DNA of 63,988 nt, filler included, from Platydemus manokwari (taxonomy: Eukaryota), in assembly GCA_037951405.1 (NCBI GenBank). It is 6 parts of 6 records of this genome, joined end to end, with 100 filler letters (N's around TTAATTAATTAA, not from the genome) between each part and the next. Parts side by side here need not be neighbours in the genome. Positions count along the whole stretch, not along the records: positions 40,253 to 55,167 come from JBBMOY011372536.1; positions 55,268 to 63,988 come from JBBMOY011360316.1; 4 more parts are not named here. One strand, written 5' to 3'. Both the position numbers and the translations under genes were made by a program. Below, one piece after another: positions 52,132 through 63,988 of the stretch (within the stretch, counting starts at the first letter, position 1; each line of letters starts with the position of its first letter). Below the pieces are notes generated by a model that had not been told where the DNA came from, did not search any database, and was given only the letters and a program-made list of their open reading frames with translations.

Positions 52132-54812
52132 GTGAGTTGTTGATGAATTGTTATCAGTTTGCGATCATTGTTTGTAAAAATTAATTCGAAATTGTATATT
52201 GCTCCAATTGTTTATAATTTCTCAATGGCCGATTGTTTATTATTAAAAGATCATTGGTGTCGAACGAAAGCAGATGGTATTTGATGGAATTAATGGCCGT
52301 GATTATGAAACGATTTCATTTATTGCAATTCGAATATAAAATATTGAATTTCAATAATATAATTTTATTATTATTTTTAAGGTTCTGATAAGTCTAAGAT
52401 TTTATTAAGGTCTGATAATGTAATATATTATAATAATTATCAGGAAACTAAAAATGCTATAATTAATGTTTTTTTAGAGTTATTAATTAATTCATATTTT
52501 TACCAAAACTAAAATTGAGTTTGTTCATCAATGTTTTAAAATAATCTTTATATTAATCTTTATAATAATCTTCCAACGATAGAAATTTACTACGTCGACA
52601 ACGCATGAATCTTAACTTGTTGTTTCTCCATTTTATAATCACTACAACTAAGTTGAAATTTTGACAACAATGTTGTCGAAAACTCAATCTTTGTCCTTGT
52701 TAAAACTCGGAAAACAATGAATAAAATTCGGCGCCAAACCGTACTTACGAGTTTGGAGTTAATCATAACGAATGTAAGCGAGTAGTTGAAATATAATATC
52801 TGAATTTACATGCTGAATTTCACAATAATTCATATAGTGGGTATCAGCAAATAATTTTATACCACAGATGAAAAATATTTCCATACATATATATTCCATA
52901 ACGATTATCGAAAATTGTTTTGTCTTGTATCAAAATGAATAACAAAACATTCATTATATCAGACTGATGTTTTCATCTATCATTAGTGTTAATGATTATT
53001 ATAAATTCCAACAATTTATGAGCTCATCTTTATCAATGAAGTGATCCCGAATTTGTCTGGATGTGGTTTTGTACGAAAAAAGAGAAATTAATAACATATT
53101 TCAAAGGAAATTTTGCGAATTAGAGATATATTAATTTTTATCGGGTTACTGCAATTGTGTTTGGTGTTGTCAATATTTGTGTTGGTTAATAATGATATTT
53201 AGTTTTATTTTATTTACTTTTCTCTATCACTCTAATCTCAATGATTTCCACACTTTTAATAAAACATGTTTTCTAAAATATTTATTTATAAATTTCCTCC
53301 CACACCTTCATAGTTTCACGAACAAGTCTGAGTGTGAGGTTGTTTGGAAGCTGGGTTGAGGAATTTTAAAATTCTATCGATTTAATTTTTACATTATTAC
53401 ATTGACCATATTAACCCATCGTGTGTTTATTAAGCTTTTAAAATAATCTTCCGAAATAATCTCCCCAAAGGATTTTAGAAAAACAAAATTGATTTCTGGA
53501 ACCTCAAAACCTTTTTTTTATAACCTCGACTTATTTTTAACCTTTATCGCTAAAAGATTTGTAATTAATCAATTACGTATTTCAATCTCAGATCCCAATC
53601 TGGTAGTCTTTCCATTTCGAAATATCTGACATCATATTCCTATTAAGCTCAACTTCCAATGGAATCAATCGAACATCATTTAGATTGAAAGCCAATAATA
53701 TCATTTGATAACAAGACATCAAAATTCTCGACAAAGCAATTGCCAAAACTAATAAATCACGTGAATAATGATTTTCCCAGGCCAGCGAATGAAGCATATC
53801 ATTCGTCAGCTTCATATTTTGTGCCCAGGCCAGCAAGTGAAGCATATCATTTTTTCACTTCAATATTTTCAATGACATCAAAATCGATGTTATACCAATA
53901 GTTTTATATACTTCATTTTCACATATTTTTTTTTGAATTTCTCTTACTCGAGAACGCACATAAAATTAAAAAAAATTGGTCATTTGAAGTAGTTTCAGAA
54001 ACCAATACAATTTTGAAGGTGATATAAAAACTATTCAATTCGCATCATAGGTAAATATATATAGTAAATAATAGTGTATAATAGTAAATATATGTATATA
54101 TATATATATATACAGTATACACGTATTTTTATATATTTTTTCAGAGGGAACATGTCATTGTTATACAGCATATTTATTCTAATACGTTCATCAATCATAA
54201 TTATAAAATTATAATAAGCTATTAATATTTTATAGTTAATAGTAGTGCGATTATTTTCGCTCATAAAAGTCCATCGAACATGCTCAAACGGCTTGTATTG
54301 AAATTTTGTTTTTGCTTTAACAAATGTATTTTTAGTAGCGATGTTCTTGGTAGTAGTTAAAGTGAAACAGTTAATTCAGATTAAAAGAAAAATGACGGCT
54401 TTTGTTTATTAGAAATAAAAGGAATAGCATTAATGTCATTTTAAAAGAAATATATTAGTAATTGAAAGTTTAAAATGATATTAACGAAAAAAAAACTAAA
54501 AAAAATATTTCCATTGTATTTATGAAGCTCGGTAATTAGGTTAATGGGAAAATGCTGTGTAAAAGTGAACTTAATAGAGTGTCATTTTTCGTGATCTGCA
54601 ACCTTATTTATATACTGAATTTTAGTTTCGCTCAACACGGTTTAGGATAATAAGGGATTTTTCAATAACTTTACCATAATTTTAAAGTAGAAAGATCTCA
54701 ATTGTGAAACTCATTGTAATTTTAGAGATATTTCAAGAATCAGTATATTAAAATAATACAAAACTACTAAACGTGTTATTTATCTTAGATTTATAATACT
54801 GCCGATAACTCA

Positions 54813-54889
54813 TTGAAACTAAGGAAAGTAATAAAATAAAATGGATATATATATATATCCCTTTATTTTATTACTTTCCTTAGTTTCAA
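54813..54889. repeat. Near-perfect 77-bp palindrome with a (TA)n centre
   Basis: Perfect 28-bp inverted arms 54813-54840 and 54862-54889; the centre GGATATATATATATATCC is itself self-complementary. Confidence 0.9.
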
Positions 54890-55167
54890 ATTAATAATGA
54901 TGAAATATTTCATGATCCAGTTTTTGTTAGAATGTATAATTTTGAAAAATATACAAATTCTAATGAAAATAAATTTAAAATTAATTGAAAGATAAGATAG
55001 TTAAGTGTATTTTATTTTAATATGTTATCTAGAATCTCATTGTTCTCGACTCAGTCGGGAATAAATATACTTTCATTATTTTTTACCTGTATGTATTTTT
55101 CCTCATATATTTACATACTAAATCGAATTGAGTTAGTATGTAGTAAGATCAGATTTAGGTGATATAT

Positions 55168-55267
55168 NNNNNNNNNNNNNNNNNNNNNNNNNNNNNNNNN
55201 NNNNNNNNNNNTTAATTAATTAANNNNNNNNNNNNNNNNNNNNNNNNNNNNNNNNNNNNNNNNNNNN
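55168..55267. other. Artificial contig-joining spacer
   Basis: N44-TTAATTAATTAA-N44. Confidence 0.95.
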
Positions 55268-55826
55268 TTGTCTAGATTTTCGAGATTTGAAAAGGAGATT
55301 ATTTATTTATCTGGAATAAATTTCAAAAAATTTTCGCAAAACAAATTTTATATTCCCAATGTATATTTCATGAATTCAACAACATTTATAGATTTGATGA
55401 ATTCATCATTTCGTGAGTAACAATTGTGAACATTATCATTACTGTAATGAAATATTGCAGAAAATATTATTTTTTATTCTACCACTATCACTGCTGTTGA
55501 GGATAAACGAAATCTCACAAAAAAAAGAAAAAAGATTCTGCACCTTGAAACCCTGATGTCGGCACGTTACGTATTTGTATCCTTACACAAACATGCAGAC
55601 ATGGCTACCAACCAATCACAGATGACTTAAATGAGAAATAATAATTCGAAAAATGTACCTAGCCACACGATAACGCACACAGGAGTTTACTAATCCCGAG
55701 TAAACGAAATCAATAAATCTAATGGGAACCTGAGAAATAAAAGATCAGATCAAAACCTGATACGAAAATTACACAAGTCTCAAGCATAAATACTGATGTA
55801 AAAATCCTCAAATTTGTTGCGGCTTC

Positions 55827-56071
55827 GATCGAATTTTAAAGATCTGGAATTAGTACTGAGACAAGCCATTACCGAAAAAAAACCAAAATTTAATGTTTTA
55901 TGCCAGAATATGCAAAATCCTTGTTATTATTAAATATATTTTAATTTTTTGGTGTCAAAAAAAATTTTTATTGAAAAAATTTACTTTATAATTTTATTTT
56001 AGTCCCTAGGAGTGGTAAAAAAATTTGGACTCGTAAAGTGGGTCCCAACACAAAAAGTGTGAAGATCGCTG
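55827..56071 (+). mobile_element. Second copy (3' end) of the Buster-type hAT element
   Basis: Aligns by eye with 26735-26922 (TCGATCGAATTTT...GGAATTAGT.CTGAGAC...CAGAATATGCAAAA...CTCGTAAAGTGGGTC...GTGAAG); ends GATCGCTG. Confidence 0.7.
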
Positions 56072-58276
56072 GATTACATCATAATACATATATTATATTT
56101 TAATCAATATTTACTTCTTGTCATTTCAAAAAATCAATGAAAATAATCTCTACAAATCCATTGTAAACACAAAATAATACAATTTTACAACACACATATC
56201 AGAAATGTTGTCAAATCATTCCACAAAACTAATTGTTTTATCTTTTTTATTATTAATTTCCCAATAAACCATCAAAAAAAAACCAATGAAAATTTTTAAG
56301 AATTTCCATTAATATTTCATTTAACGATACACACAAGAACCAAACAAAACCGCTGGAAACAGATTCCGACATTAAAAACAAATCGTAGACTCAATCAAGT
56401 GAATCGGTATTATAAAAATCTATATAATCTAATGAAATTAATATTTTATTATAGAAGTAACACATTGTGATAATCCATTACGAATATTGGATATTTTTTT
56501 CAATTGTGTAAAATCAATGTTCCCAATAATATAGCTTCAAGGGGAAAAAAATCCAGGAAAATTAACGAAAACCAATTTGGTAGACATAATGAAATAAGAA
56601 GAAAAACATACAATGATCATTTTTATTTTAATTGTTGTAATTGTTTGAGAGGAGCAGAGAAAGAATTGAGATGAGAACACACACAATGTCCATGAATCAA
56701 TAAAAGGCAAAATTTCCATTTTAGAATCATAAATTCAAAGTGGCACTTTCTCATTGTCTTTGTTAAAAATGGGAATGATTCAATTGATTTATGAGATGAT
56801 TTTATCGATTGAATTCAAAAATCAATAAATACAATGATAAAATTTTCACAATTAATATCATGAATAAATATATGAGAAATCGATCAAGAAAAAAAATAAT
56901 CGATAATAAATTTAAATACCAGATATTCCAATTGACATATCAAGATAAATAATGGTTAGAAATTCAATATTTACAGAAGACTTTGATGGTTAAATGGATG
57001 TCATTTCTTCAGAGTGAGACATAAATTATTATGCTTTACTACATACATTGGTTATTATTAGGCATCCTAGTGAGATTTATTAACCCACACTTAATTCGAA
57101 AATATCCACCTCGTTGTCTATAGTAACTCAATGCAGATCAAATTGTAAGAAGCTCTAATAGGAACTGTAAAAAAAATTGCTAATCATTATTCTCCCATTG
57201 TGATTAATTTAATTGTATAGCTGGAATAATGAACAGTATCAGCCCAAATTCTACATTTTCTTATTAATTGGTGTTGTCACTTCTTATCCAAGCTCGTTTC
57301 CAGGAAACATATTTCATTAAATCCCCTTAAAATTTACCGGTTCTATATTGTTTTTTAAATTCCTTTCACAATTATCGTTAATGTTCGTCGCGTACGGACT
57401 TGTGTTGAAATTATATATGATAACAGTTTCATATCGCTATTTAAACCAGTCGTTCTCAACGTACGGGAGAAATTTTATCAATTTTCTATCTCCTATTAGA
57501 AAGCTGCGAATGCTGGATTGACTTGTGAGACACTACTTCTCCATTCTCTTTTGTCCTTTTAACACAAATAATCCTCTTAATTTCCCTCAAGATTCACTTA
57601 TAACAATTATTTATATTATCATAATAATTTATTTTATCGATATCTGGTTAATGTTATCGCAAGTATTTTGTATCATTTTTATCATCACAATCAGTTTGAC
57701 GATCATTAATCCCCTGATCGGTAATCCTGTTTTAGAGGAAACATATTTAATTAGTTTCCACGCGGACGATGTCTCCTAACAAATAGGTGTGGCACCCAAT
57801 AATCTCCTTAAATTAGAAATGATTTCATTTTGCTAGAGGTTCGACAAGACAATTTCTAGCATAACATATCAAATTTCCAATACGTATAACAACAGTTTCT
57901 CAAAAAAATTTTAATGCAAATTAATTTTCATAATTAATTAACCTTTCCCAATGATAGATTTGAAACATTTAAACAATGGATAATATTGTGATTTAAATAA
58001 ATATTACGAAATTTATCAATAAAGGGAAATATTTTTCAAATCACTCCAAGATAATTCTACGTTTGAACCAAATGAAATTGTAAAATTAAAAAAAATATAT
58101 AAATATTAAAGCTAAAGATAAAATAAATATGTAATAAAATAAAATCGTAACTTAAACCATCTACAATAGCAATAAATTGTATCACCTTTAACTATTATAT
58201 CAAAACTCTCTTTGGATTTTTCTATTTTTTGTAAAACCTATATCAAATATACAACAATAAAAACATCTTTACTCAC

Positions 58277-58572
58277 CAAGAAGAGCAATGAAAAATTGAC
58301 TGTTAAATACATTGATAACTTTATCAATTGCATCTATCAAATTTTTGTCCGATGTTTCTGATAGTTTTGAGCGATACAGTTCTAATAATTCGATTGCTTT
58401 CAAAGCATCTAAATAATTATATTGGATTTCATTTCGGTTTTTGGAATTTTTTATACTTATTTTTGTATAATTAATCAACTTTAACTAAATCGATACCGAC
58501 AATCACTCATTTAATAATATCATACATGACAAATATTTGTAAAACAAACTAACCACTGCTACCAATTGGCAT
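58277..58572 (-). CDS. DLG1: Discs large (DLG1-like MAGUK), first two coding exons encoding the L27_1 domain
   Basis: Exon 58572-58554 (19 nt, MPIGSS) plus exon 58408-58277 (132 nt) give MPIGSSDALKAIELLELYRSKLSETSDKNLIDAIDKVINVFNSQFFIALL, which aligns without gaps to the DLG1/SAP97 N-terminus ([50 protein letters not shown]). The remainder of the gene is not in this piece. Confidence 0.88.
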
Positions 58573-61500
58573 TATTATTGTACAATATTGATATAAAATG
58601 CAAGATATTGAATAAATTTTAGCTATTCAAAAAATGATTAATGAGACTCCCAATTTTTAGTATATTAAAACAACAAACAATTTCAAAGAACAATAATTAC
58701 TTTGTCCTTAGTACTAAATCAAATATTAATTATTATAGAAAATTAGTATAACTAAATTTAAAATTATATATCTAAACTTAAATTAAATTTTAAATGAACA
58801 TTTTTAATTACATTTAAATAAAGATTTTTTTGTTTAGTGCGATCTCATTTTGATAATTAGTTAATAATCTTAGAGCTTCCTAAAAATGTCAATGAATAAA
58901 GATCATTTTCAATATATCAAAATTAAAATCAAAATTTTTATCGGGATTCTAACAGAGTAGTTCACCTTAGTTCATCTTCATAAGGAATATGATTTCTGAG
59001 AAAAATCTTATCTTTGTGAACGAATTATAGTAGTTTACTTCAAAATTGATTGAAACTAAAATTATAAGCTACATGTGATAGATATGAAGTAAAGTATCTC
59101 ATCCCCTTAAATGTTTACAAAAAAAGTAAATTAACAAAATAATTGTCATTAGTGATTTCTAAATACATTAATTTCAGATATTTATATCACGATCTCTTTC
59201 CACATCTAATTTCCATACCGATAGTAACATATAAAATACAAAATATCTTTGAATACAAATTCTGACTCCTTTTGAGTTAAAATGTTGGCGTATTGTTGTT
59301 TTCCATCTTAAACACTTATATCAAAATAAAATCTTCATTATTTATTTTGGAAATCTGAAATATTTATAGCGAATTAATATTAAATTATTTACACAATTTG
59401 ACCGATGCGAAAAAGTTGAATTTGGTTATTTGTATATAAAATTTTATTATTTCTATTAAGTAATTAAAATTGTTTAATCTTACTACACAAGATTTTATTT
59501 TTTAAACATCAATATTTTGAATGAATTAAAAAATTTTTAGCTTAAAATTTAGCTTTAATTTAATTTATGTTCCAAACAGGTTCAGTTTTTACTCGATGAT
59601 TTACTAAAGAAATATACACAGATACATGATCTAACTTTAAAGAAGATAGTAATAAATTCTTTATAGTCCTCAGATATTATAAGTGGAATATTTTAATTAT
59701 TTTATCACTATTGTCGGGTAATTATAAACAATAAATAAGATCTGACTCCAATTTGAAGATGTATTAATCAATTCACGAATGACAAAATATCAACCCAAAC
59801 TTGGATTTCAACTGGCAGTTGTCCATCTTTACATTGATTTTTATATTCCCTATCTGTGTGTATTTTTTGTCATGTTCCACCATATTTTCATTGATATTTG
59901 TTATTCTCTGTTCTTATTGGGTTTTTAAGTTTTTATATGAGTGAGATTGGTCAATCCCCATGTGTGTGTTGTTGTGTAGCTATGCTGCTTTTCCAATTGT
60001 AGTTCATCATCTAACTTCATTATGATTGGCTTGATCGATGTGCCTGTATGGCTGTGTAGGCATGCAAATGTTTAAAGTGCCAAAATAAGGGTTCCAAGAT
60101 ACAATTTTGTTTTTCCTTTTGCAGAATTTTACCTTACTCAACACTATTTTAACCAAAATATCCCAGACAAATAGGTAAAAGTAGATTTTCGTATTTTCAC
60201 TTTTTTTCAAATTACAAAATCTTCTTTTTTATAAAAACATCTGTTGTCTTTAATTGAATTTATCTTTTTGTCTCAATCTTTGTTGTATAAAGAATCCAAC
60301 ACATTAATTCAATATTGATTCATATGATTTTCCTAATCACATAAAATTTAACATACTATATAATTTACCAATATTTCACCTTTTTAACTTTAGATAGTCA
60401 TCGGTGTTAATGTCGGAGAATCAATTAGATTGTATAAGAAATTTTTTTAGATTAATATTATCTACAACTGATGTTTCGATATTGTTCTTGTATTCTGTTT
60501 TAATATCGATAATGCTATATCGATCTCATTTAAATTGTAATTCGGAATATAGACAAGACTATAAATTTGTTGAGTTAAATGAAACATATTGAATTAAATC
60601 AGTTACTATTAATGGTATCTTTTAACACATGAATCTTCTTTCTAGTATCAGACTAAATTTACGAATATTTTAATCTAAGCTATTTATCATTTTTATAGAT
60701 AAATTTTAAATAAATTATTTTTAAAATAATTTTATTTTTTTCTTATTTTTTTAAAAATCCTGGTTTATTTAATTATAAAAATACTATTTAATGATAATAC
60801 TATTAACTGCATTTTAAGATACTGATAATTTTTGTAAATCACAAAATCATTGGAATGGATTTGTTAAAATTAGAATTTTTCTGTAAAAATTTTGCAAATT
60901 TATTTCTGACGTTTCATAATCTTAGAGTCGTCATCGGTTGTTTGAATACCAGTTAAATCCGGTGTCCTCGTATCTTTAGCGATTATAATAAATTTGTTTT
61001 ATTAACTCATTGTTCGATATTTAACAAACAATAGTGCTTTCTAAAAAGAATGAAATTTAAATAATTGAAAGCGCAGTAATGAAATATCAAAATACATAAT
61101 TTTATAAAATTTAAATCTGAACCATAAAAAGAAAAAAATAATTTTTTATTAAGATTTTTTATTAATATTAATTTAGCCAACAATTATATAGGACAGTGCG
61201 GTGAATCAAAGAGATATTAGAAACTTGTAAATTATGATATTATAATTATGATAGTGTGTAAAAAACGACTCACTGAATGATAATTTCCGAATTTCCAATA
61301 ATAAATATTGTTGGAATTTCTATGAGTATTCTTGGGTAGTGAAATAATTCACTAAAATTTAAATTTATAAAATATTCAAAATTAAAACATTTTTTTAAAA
61401 ATTCGTTTTTAAAATTATTTAAATTTGCTCCTTTCTTATTTATAATTTCCCCTACTTCTACCACTATTTTGTACTTTGAGTCCCCTTTTTTCTTTGTATA

Positions 61501-63539
61501 GTATGATTCGCTTCTGAATTTAGAAGTCAATGTTTTGTGAACTTAGTTTTATTAAATGTGCTTTGAAAGTGCTTTTATTGCTATTTCTGAGTCCTTTGAT
61601 GTTGATTATTTATATTTGCTCTTGTTTTATCTATTACGATTAACACTTTCTTGCACTTTAATTATTTTGATTATTGGGTTTCGGTTCTCAGACAGTTTGC
61701 ATTGCAGTTAATTATCCGAAATGATATGTACCATTTGGAATTTGAATGCCTTATCTGAAATCTCATCTCTCAACTAATAGTTAAAATTCATTTATTCACA
61801 CTAAATATAAAATTACATCAACAATACACAATTATTGATCGAAAATGAAATGACCTATTACAGAACAATCTACTTCGATGGCTTTCTATTTGCTAATACA
61901 TACCGCACAATACTGTATAAATGATTTATATGTTGGGTTAAATAAAAATGAAGTAATGGTTGCAAGTTGTATTCACTGAACACTCGGGGTGCTCAGCTTC
62001 CATAAAAATAAATAAAATAAAAAAACACTTTCTTTTTTCATCAATTGGCTTCAAATGGTAATAATCTGTCTTTATATCATCAAATACAATTGAGCTTACA
62101 TATGTTTTCGTGCCACAAATTTTATTTTAGAATTAAAAATTTTAGACACCTCCAATAAATTGTTTCGCGTCCTCTTTTATTTCACCAATTTCAATTAGGT
62201 CTATTGATTTTTCATGATTGTGTATGTTTTCTTGTGTGATCATGATCTTTATCGAATTTAAATTTTCAATTTATATTTTCTCAGATTGGATGGCAACTAC
62301 GTCTGCATGATCGCCTAGTTGTATTTACTCTTCACTTCAAATTCGTACTTATTTTCAATGTTAAGGACTGCAAAAACACTTGTGTTTGGCCAACTTGCAA
62401 GAAATCTCTTCTTCATCATAGAATTATCTTTTCTGTATTTCATACTTTAATACATTTTTCGACAGATTCTGAGTTTATAATGGCAAACCTAGTTTAGGTT
62501 TGAATTCTTACAGGGATATCATTATATTACATGATAAACAGGTTAAAGTTATTACAATGAATATTGTTGCAAGATAAATTGCTTATTTTGAAAGTTATTG
62601 GATACTCTTGCACGGGTATTGCGAATTATATTAATTAAAAATCATGATGAATATATTGTTATGTATGAGATAAACAACCTGCGAAGAATACGGAACGACT
62701 CTCAGAAGAATCGATAAAGACAAATACGCAGAACGCACGCACTAGTAGTCAATCAGATGGTCCTAGGTATCAATCCATAAATACAATTTGATCATCAATT
62801 TGAACATCAATAAAAGGCAACAAAGATCAAGTTATGCTAAAGATATGAGAATATGTGACAAATAAAAGAGTACAATTACAGGAGAGTAGTTAAGCACATA
62901 CGATAAGTTTATATGGTTGATTATTCTGATGATTAATCCTCTGTGGTCGTTATTTCTTGGCTGTTTATCTTGACGGTTATGATCCAATTCTGAATTGTTA
63001 ATTGACCACTTAAGTGTTATTTAGAATGTAAAGGTTGAAGACATAATTTTTAAATCTATCATTGTGATTGATAGTTATAATTTTGAGCAGTTATAGTTAG
63101 CAGATATCTAGCAATATTAATTTTCTCTTGATTTCTTTGACATATCATTGCTAGGTTTTTGTTGATTATTAATCTGTTGTAAATTAATCCAACAATGGAA
63201 TAAGCTGGTCTCGTAAATTTAACCTATCAATAAAATCAAAACTCTTTAAATAATGCGATCAATTTGAATCAATTAGTTTAGCTTTTAAAGTATTAATAGA
63301 AATATTTTTATTAAATTTCAAACTTTTAAACCACAAATATTCGTTAAAATTAGTTAGCAATATCTCCTCGTAACGATACAAAAATTTGTATCGCTTAATC
63401 AAATTAAAATCTATTTATCGCCATGAAAACATAAAAATAATGTCGACGTTGTCAATAATTGTTGTTAATTATAATTCTCATATATAATGTAAATTAAAAT
63501 TTTAAAAATAAAATATAGATAGTTAGATGTTTATATATA

Positions 63540-63900
63540 AAAGTCGATTTAACAAAAATAAATGTTTCAAGTCATTGGTGATCGGTGCAAGCAGATTTCA
63601 GTAGTAAATAATCGAATTACATAGATAGATCGTATTGTTTAATAAACAGACAATAATCCATTAAGCATTGTTGGTATTACTCTTCTCTTCAGGATTTTCA
63701 ATTATATTGTCTTTTAATTTAAATTTTACTGCTGCGACTCTTGTTTTGTTTGGCATATATAAAATACTCTTTTTTGTGAATCGGTATCTTTGAACTAATT
63801 CTTCACTTGCATTCTCAAAGATTTGATCTATTAGATTGACTGTTTTTTCACTACTGGGGGTTTTAATAGCCTTAATTGCAATTATAGGGTTCAAATAATT
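63540..63900 (-). mobile_element. Possible Mutator/MULE-like transposase remnant
   Basis: Weak resemblance only (ENASEELVQR...KKSI, followed by IRLFTTE), similar to the region preceding MULE catalytic domains. Confidence 0.25.
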
Positions 63901-63988
63901 ATGAAACATAAATAACAATGGATAAGAAACAATATTAATAACATAATTAATAATAATGTTATCATGAAGCTTATAATTAATGGTGACT

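Noticed and set aside
1-63988. CRISPR arrays, prokaryotic operons or defence systems, tRNA/rRNA genes, alternative genetic code
   Set aside because: The DNA is intron-containing animal sequence. No regular repeat-spacer array or structured RNA gene was recognised by eye, and conserved genes translate cleanly with the standard code.

Overview
Very AT-rich eukaryotic (animal) genomic DNA with GT-AG spliceosomal introns of bimodal size (41-100 bp or kilobases). The pattern fits an AT-rich invertebrate such as a triclad flatworm, but the species cannot be established from this window. The window is six pieces joined by an identical artificial 100-bp spacer (N44-TTAATTAATTAA-N44), so neighbouring pieces may not be biologically adjacent. 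Genes spliced by hand: 11 exons of a DNAH5/DNAH8-type outer-arm dynein heavy chain (-), a complete 4-exon CMC1 (-), four exons of a PLCL/PRIP-type phospholipase C-like gene (+), the first two coding exons of discs large/DLG1 (-), a 3-exon fragment of a Ser-rich unknown protein (-), two isolated exons and an intronless 221-aa orphan ORF. The rest holds many decayed transposons: Tc1/mariner, Merlin, piggyBac, Buster-type hAT MITEs, a CGGBP1-type hAT and an RLE-type non-LTR element. I found no convincing wholly new biological system. The best leads are a miniature LTR (TRIM-like) family with several copies, a PLC-like protein missing several phosphoinositide-binding residues, the orphan ORF and a near-perfect 77-bp palindrome.
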